This document shows, in pieces, positions 59,050 to 64,000 of a DNA stretch of 64,000 nucleotides. Position 1 is the first letter of the stretch. Every line of letters begins with the position of its first letter. A model generated the notes under the pieces. The model saw only the letters and a program-made list of their open reading frames with translations, was not told where the DNA came from and searched no databases. Made by a program: the position numbers and the translations under genes. The DNA is from Ostreococcus lucimarinus (lineage: Eukaryota). The DNA is taken from the NCBI GenBank assembly GCA_000092065.1, contig CP000594.1; one strand, 5' to 3'.

Positions 59050-61047
59050 TTAGAGCGTCGTTTCGTCGGCTTCGCCAGATTTTTCTGGCTCTGGTGTGCG
59101 CCACTCGTCGGCGGACGCGCCGAATTCCTCCGCTAAGCCGCGCCAAAGAGAGAGTGAACGTTCGGCGTTGGCGACTTGCACACGGGAGTAGTTGAGCAGC
59201 ATGGCGTGAAATTGTGCGACGCGCTCTTTTTCTAAACGAGCGAATTCCTCGCGATGACGATCTTGGATGATTTTGTAATCGACTTTTGCCTGCTCTCCAG
59301 TCGCGCGCGTGGCGTCGAGTTCGAGCTTCAAATCTTCAACCTTTTTCATCTTGGTGAAGTCTGGCGTGAGCTTGGCGATTCTGGCTTCCAATCTATCCGC
59401 CTCAGCGAGCATGGTTTGAAGCGTCAAGAGAGATTCATTGCGGTCGCTGATGGACCTACGAACGGAGGGCATGATTTTCAAGTAGTCGTGAAGCGGCTCG
59501 AGCGATTGCGCCGTCTGCGCCGTCGCCGCGCGAGAGACGCGGCTCACCTTGATTGACGTGTTCCCAGCTTTTCTCATTTCATTCGCGGCAGTCATGCACT
59601 CGAGACCATTCTCGCTGTATTTGCCTAACCGCGTACCCTCCTCTTCTTGAATCTTTGCAAATTTCAAGCACTCCAAACCAAACTCTCCCACGGCTTCGCC
59701 AAACTTTTGCTGCAACGTCAGCAACTTCGTCGCCTTGGATGACATCCCGGATAACTCATTTTCCATGCGAACGACTCTATCCTTTTCAACCAAGAACGCG
59801 GCGTCCTCTTCCATCACTTTCGGTTTGGGAGTGTCCAGCCCCAACACGCCGCCGACGGCGCTCACCGCCGTCGACTGCACCACAGTCTGTCTCAGTTCTT
59901 TGAAAAATCTACCGAAGTCACGAGGCTGCCCAGGAGACGCCACCGCGATCGGAGGGCGTTGTGGCGTTTCCGGACTACTCGGTAGATCGCTCGGGATCGT
60001 CGTGATGACCCTTCCCGCGGTCATGTTGAACCAATCGAGACTCGACGCCAAATCTTGGTGAGTGAGGAAGATTCGAAGCGGATCCCCGAGACGAAGCTTG
60101 GAGTGCGATGCGATGCGATTGAGGTAGTGCTGCAGCTGTATCGCGCGTTCTGCGATGAAGTTGTCTCCCGTCGAGCTCACAACCGTCTTCTCCGGTCGAG
60201 GCGGGATGAAATAGCCTCGGTGAAGCGCCGAGAGTCTGGCGTCGAGGGCGACAAAGTCGCGAAATCGTCTCCAAACCACAACCTCTTTGTGAATGTACGA
60301 CGGAATCGTGGTGCGCGTGGTAATCTTGTAGTGCGTCACGCGCTTACCGACGAGCGCCGCGCTCGTATCGGCCTCAATCTTGGGATCGCTCACCCAAATC
60401 TGAAGCGTCTCCTCGTCTCCCGCTCCGTCGTCGCCGTCGAGGTAAACCGTCGTCGTCCCTCCCACCGCGTTCGCCCCGACATCGCGCGCTGGTTGAATCT
60501 CAGGCTGCGCGTACATCACGCTGTCCGCGTACGACGGCGGCGGTGCGAGTAAATCCCCGTACGACATCCCCGCGTTCGCGTGATAGCTCCCGTTTTCGAG
60601 CGCCTCCCCGCCCCCCCCCCCCGCCCGCGTCGGCGTTCGCGGCGACGCCGGTTCGACGTCCCGTTCCACCCCGACCCCGATCCCGATCCCGATCCCGCGT
60701 TCGTCGTCGAGCGACGCGTCCCGCGTCCTCGCGCTCGCGTCGTCCGCGCCCGCGTTCGTCTCCGCGCCCACCCCCAGCGGTTCGTCGCGCCGCGCCTCGA
60801 GCTCCGCCGCGTCCACGTCGAACGGATTCGTCGACCGCGCGTCGAACATCGCGCGCGTCGCGTCGTCCGTCGATTCGCGCGTCTCGATCGCGTCGCGCGT
60901 CGTCGTCGTCGTCGTCGTCGTCGCCTCCATCGCGCGTCCCAATCCTCCCAACGACCGATCGAGCGCCGGTCCCGCGAGCACGCCGAGCGCGGACGCGCCC
61001 GGGTCGAGATCGATCGATTCGTCGTCGCTGTCGTCGCGCGGCGTCAT
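59050..61047 (-). CDS. Sorting nexin with PX and BAR domains (SNX1/Vps5-like)
   Basis: PX region (RRFRDFVALDARL...YFIPPRPEK...RAIQLQHYLNRI) followed by a long coiled BAR-like C-terminal half. Confidence 0.7.
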   Translation of the reverse strand: MTPRDDSDDESIDLDPGASALGVLAGPALDRSLGGLGRAMEATTTTTTTTRDAIETRESTDDATRAMFDARSTNPFDVDAAELEARRDEPLGVGAETNAGADDASARTRDASLDDERGIGIGIGVGVERDVEPASPRTPTRAGGGGGEALENGSYHANAGMSYGDLLAPPPSYADSVMYAQPEIQPARDVGANAVGGTTTVYLDGDDGAGDEETLQIWVSDPKIEADTSAALVGKRVTHYKITTRTTIPSYIHKEVVVWRRFRDFVALDARLSALHRGYFIPPRPEKTVVSSTGDNFIAERAIQLQHYLNRIASHSKLRLGDPLRIFLTHQDLASSLDWFNMTAGRVITTIPSDLPSSPETPQRPPIAVASPGQPRDFGRFFKELRQTVVQSTAVSAVGGVLGLDTPKPKVMEEDAAFLVEKDRVVRMENELSGMSSKATKLLTLQQKFGEAVGEFGLECLKFAKIQEEEGTRLGKYSENGLECMTAANEMRKAGNTSIKVSRVSRAATAQTAQSLEPLHDYLKIMPSVRRSISDRNESLLTLQTMLAEADRLEARIAKLTPDFTKMKKVEDLKLELDATRATGEQAKVDYKIIQDRHREEFARLEKERVAQFHAMLLNYSRVQVANAERSLSLWRGLAEEFGASADEWRTPEPEKSGEADETTL

Positions 61048-61234
61048 CGCGCGGCGTCGTGTGCGCGCGACGCGACGCGACGCGCGATCGGAGGCGATGG
61101 CACGCGTGTCGTATGGGTAAACAGTGAGGCGTATGTTTTAGTTCGACCCGTCACCCTCGGCGCGACGACCCGCCACACCGCGACGGCGACGGCGCCGAGG
61201 GTGACCGGGACGAGGGAAACCGCGGTGACGACCC

Positions 61235-62548
61235 ATGACGACGCCGCGCGCGCGCGTCGCGGCGCACGCGGCGCGCGAGCGCGACGACGTCGAGGACGGC
61301 GGCGCGCTCGGAGGCGCGACGACGACGGCGCGCGCGCGGGGACACGGGAACAGGAGCCCGCGATCGATGGCGACGCACGGATTCGGACAGCCGACGCGAC
61401 GGACGCCGTGGGGGGCGAGGCTGCGCGCGACGCTCGGGATGGACGGAAGGAAAACGGGAGAGCGGACGCGGGACGGACGACGCGGGCGGGGACGGGGACG
61501 AGGGGACGCGAGGGAAGACGAGGAAGACGGCGATGGGAGCAAGGGAAGGCGCGACGGGCGACGGGAGGCGGAGAGAACGTCGAGATTGTGGTGGGTGTGC
61601 GCGGCGGTGCTGGTGTGGACGTTCGGGCCGTTCGCGTACAAGTGCGCGCAGGGGTTCAACAAGGTGTACGGGCGAAGATGGTTCGATCCGGTCGAGCGAC
61701 CGGTGCCGTGCGAACCGACGAGCGCGGCGGCGGCGAAGCTGGTGGATAACTCACCGTTACCGGGGCTCTTACCGGCGGACATGACGAATCTCCCGAGTTT
61801 ACTGCCGAAAAAGTTCAAGATTGGAATGATTTCGCTCTGCGACGACGGCGTCGAAGCCATCTGCGCGCAGTCGATGGCGAACAAGCAGGCGTACGCCGAT
61901 TATCACGGATACGATTTGATAGTGGATGAAGAAATTATCGATAGAAACCGGCCGACGAGCTGGAGTAAGCTACTGGCGATGCGCAAGTATTTGCCCGATT
62001 ACGACTTTATGCTCTACGTCGACGTCGACACGATCATCATGAATCCGGAGAAGAAGTTGGAAGACATCGTGGATTACAATTACGATCAGATGCTAGCGGC
62101 GGATAAAAACGGTTTAAATTGTGGGGTTTGGATGGTGCGCAACACGCCGTGGATGCTGTGGTTCATCGACGAGATGTGGGCGCAAGATCAACTCGTCGCG
62201 CCGAAGACGTGGAACATGCTCTTTAAATACGAGCAACGCGCTTTTCATTATCTCTATCAGTCAAAGATTTGGCGCAGCAAGGTAAAAGGTGATGCATACC
62301 CCAAAGCTAACACCGTTCGCGCGAGGACAAAGGTTTTGAACGCGTGCGTGTTCAATTCTCAGCCTTCGTTTTACGTCAAAGGCGATTTGCTCGTCCACCT
62401 CGCCGGTCTGAAGGGCACGGTAAAGTGCATGTGGTTTAGATATTACTACAAACAGTCTCTGAACACGATTCGGGCGGTGGGTGCGGTGTCATCAGACGCC
62501 GATCTCCCTCCGCCGTCGATTTGGACGTGTTTAACGAGGCAAACGTGA
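61235..62548 (+). CDS. GT34-family glycosyltransferase (MNN10/GMA12-type), type-II membrane topology
   Basis: Signal anchor LWWVCAAVLVWTFGPFAY. KIGMISLCDDG, YADYHGYDL, YDFMLYVDVDTIIMNP, NCGVWMVRNTPWM, FKYEQRAFHYLY motifs. Confidence 0.7.
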   Translation: MTTPRARVAAHAARERDDVEDGGALGGATTTARARGHGNRSPRSMATHGFGQPTRRTPWGARLRATLGMDGRKTGERTRDGRRGRGRGRGDAREDEEDGDGSKGRRDGRREAERTSRLWWVCAAVLVWTFGPFAYKCAQGFNKVYGRRWFDPVERPVPCEPTSAAAAKLVDNSPLPGLLPADMTNLPSLLPKKFKIGMISLCDDGVEAICAQSMANKQAYADYHGYDLIVDEEIIDRNRPTSWSKLLAMRKYLPDYDFMLYVDVDTIIMNPEKKLEDIVDYNYDQMLAADKNGLNCGVWMVRNTPWMLWFIDEMWAQDQLVAPKTWNMLFKYEQRAFHYLYQSKIWRSKVKGDAYPKANTVRARTKVLNACVFNSQPSFYVKGDLLVHLAGLKGTVKCMWFRYYYKQSLNTIRAVGAVSSDADLPPPSIWTCLTRQT

Positions 62549-62640
62549 AATAGCGTGCGCTAGCGTAGTGTATTGAACAGCGCAAACTCCGAACTCCCGT
62601 CCTCACACTCGAGCGCGCGCGTCGAGCGCGCACGCGTCGC

Positions 62641-62737
62641 GATGGCGGATTCGGTGACGCAGTTACAGAACCAAATCAACACTCTGTGTCAGTTGATGTT
62701 CAACTACGCCGGGACGCTGCAGCGCGACGCCAAGCCG
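62641..62737 (+). CDS. MED21: Mediator subunit MED21, exon 1
   Basis: MADSVTQLQNQINTLCQLMFNYAGTLQRDAKP versus human [32 protein letters not shown]. GT donor at 62738. Confidence 0.65.
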
Positions 62738-62840
62738 GTGCGACGACCGACGCGCTCGACCGCTCGAAAAATGCGCGACGCCGCGCGCGAACTCTCGCCC
62801 GTGCGACACGACTGACGCCGCGCGCGGCGCCGATGAACAG

Positions 62841-63161
62841 GCCACGATCGGACCGAACGGTGAACTCAACGATGCGCTCACCGAGGGTGGGGTGACGCGA
62901 GCGGAGATAGACGAAATGGCAGCCACGATCGCCGAGGCGAACCGAGTGATTATGGAAATCGCGCGCGCGCTGCCGGAGATCGATACGGATGAGAAAGCAG
63001 CGCGTAAACGCATCGCCGCGCTTCACGCGGAGCACGACAAGGTGAGTAAAGAATTAGAAACCGTCATCGCGCAGGCGAAGGCGGAGTTAGACGTCATCAA
63101 CGCCGCTTTCAAAGCCGCGGCGAGCGGCGTATTGGCGCTCGACGACGAAGCGACCGATTAG
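62841..63161 (+). CDS. MED21: Mediator subunit MED21, exon 2 (103-nt GT..AG intron at 62738..62840)
   Basis: Joins in frame after acceptor CAG at 62838-62840. ...EIDEMAATIAEANRVIMEIARALPEI...AALHAEHDKVSKELE... aligns with the MED21 C-terminal half. Confidence 0.65.
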   Translation, partial: ATIGPNGELNDALTEGGVTRAEIDEMAATIAEANRVIMEIARALPEIDTDEKAARKRIAALHAEHDKVSKELETVIAQAKAELDVINAAFKAAASGVLALDDEATD

Positions 63162-63248
63162 TCGATAGAAAATAGATCCGCGTTGAAGTGTACATCTTCG
63201 TTCGTATAGCAGTGACTAGTGTAACGTTACAATCTAAATTTCCCTCCC

Positions 63249-63536
63249 TCACGGCGCCGAAGACACGAGATCGCGCAGGCACTTCTCCACCTCCTTCGCG
63301 TCCAGTCCCTCGAGCTTCACGCACTTCTCCACGCCGTAGTCGTACCGCGCGTACAACTTCCCCTCGATCCCGCTCGCCTCGCGAATCAGCACCGGCGTCG
63401 TCGGCGACGCCGCCTTCAAGTTTTTATAGCTCGACATCAAGAAATTCCTCACGCCCTCGCTCCCTTTGCTCGTCTGACACAGGTGAAAGCGAAGCTCTTG
63501 CAAGGTTTTCAGTCCCGCGAACGCGGCTTTGCTCAT
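63249..63536 (-). CDS. NDUFA2: NADH dehydrogenase (ubiquinone) 1 alpha subcomplex subunit 2 (NDUFA2/B8)-like
   Basis: LQELRFHLCQTSKGSEGVRNFLMSSYKNLKAASPTTPVLIREASGIEGKLYARYDYGVEKCVKLEGL. Thioredoxin-like fold family. Confidence 0.75.
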   Translation of the reverse strand: MSKAAFAGLKTLQELRFHLCQTSKGSEGVRNFLMSSYKNLKAASPTTPVLIREASGIEGKLYARYDYGVEKCVKLEGLDAKEVEKCLRDLVSSAP

Positions 63537-63624
63537 CGCGACGCCGCGACTTCCGTCCCGCGCGCGCGCGTCCCGCGTCCCTGAAAGAGTGAGCCCTTCG
63601 GCGTGTCCCGCTCGGTCGCCTCCG

Positions 63625-63643
63625 CGATCGATCGATCGATCGA
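63625..63643. repeat. (GATC)n tract in the NDUFA2/RPS24 bidirectional promoter
   Basis: gcgatcgatcgatcgatcgacg. Confidence 0.55.
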
Positions 63644-63812
63644 CGCGCGCGACGCACCGTGCGGACGCGCGCGCGATCGCGACCGAGGGCGCGATTCGAT
63701 TTCGACGCGCGTCCGTCGATCCGTGTTTTGTTCTCGAAAATCAGTCTCATCACCGCGCGCGCGATCGACGCGCGCGCCGTCTTTCCGTGGCGCGCGACGA
63801 GAACCAGACGCG

Positions 63813-63884
63813 ATGACCAACACGTCGTGCACGATCCGCACGCGCAAGTTCATGACGAACCGCCTGCTGCAGCGCCGTCAATTC
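63813..63884 (+). CDS. RPS24: 40S ribosomal protein S24e, exon 1 (MTNTSCTIRTRKFMTNRLLQRRQF), followed by GTACGT donor; the rest of the gene is beyond the window
   Basis: Matches the RPS24 N-terminus (TIRTRKFMTNRLLQRKQ). After QF the frame diverges into Arg-rich junk starting at a consensus donor GTACGTG at 63885. Confidence 0.65.
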
Positions 63885-64000
63885 GTACGTGTCGCGCGCG
63901 CGAGCGAACGCGAGAACCAGCGACGAGGACGAGGACGGGACGATGGGGCGATCCCGCGGCGGGCGGATGCGTCGCGCGCGACGCGCGCGGCGACGGATGG

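Overview
The window appears to be eukaryotic nuclear DNA from a GC-rich green alga (Micromonas-like Mamiellophyceae by inference) and has two very different parts. Positions ~1-19,200 form a low-GC (~50%) compositional island with large, intronless genes of low-GC codon usage. These include a >1,290-aa secreted PAN/FN2/TSP1 multidomain protein that runs off the left edge and is absent from the ORF track, which appears to list only complete ORFs. They also include a 2,163-aa membrane-anchored multi-lectin protein, a GIY-YIG endonuclease, and an NCLDV/PLV-type D5-like PrimPol + SF3-helicase primase-helicase. A head-to-head metallothionein-like/ferritin pair is flanked by ~140-bp direct repeats, and a 596-aa cysteine-rich type-II membrane protein completes the island. 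The island's intergenic DNA carries repeated promoter-like modules with a covarying hairpin and recurring telomere-like TAGGGTTTA motifs. Positions ~19,200-64,000 are ordinary, very GC-rich (~68%), gene-dense host sequence with mostly single-exon genes: RbfA, a mitochondrial carrier, ABC-F, a HECT ligase, NOM1-like, a TPT transporter with a frameshift, katanin-like AAA, aspartyl aminopeptidase, eIF3b, TSR2, DVR, VTA1, RING-PHD, WD40, KASIII, TPR, OSBP, Grx5, Pumilio, TAPT1-like, SNX-BAR, GT34, MED21 (one 103-nt intron), NDUFA2 and RPS24 exon 1 at the right edge. (GATC)n palindromic tracts sit in several bidirectional promoters. The GC-rich part contains many long antisense or arginine/alanine-rich ORFs that are composition artefacts. 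The most interesting element is the virus/mobile-element-like replication module (D5 primase-helicase plus GIY-YIG) embedded in the low-GC island next to giant surface lectin genes. No capsid or packaging genes are visible in the window, so a complete integrated virus cannot be claimed.
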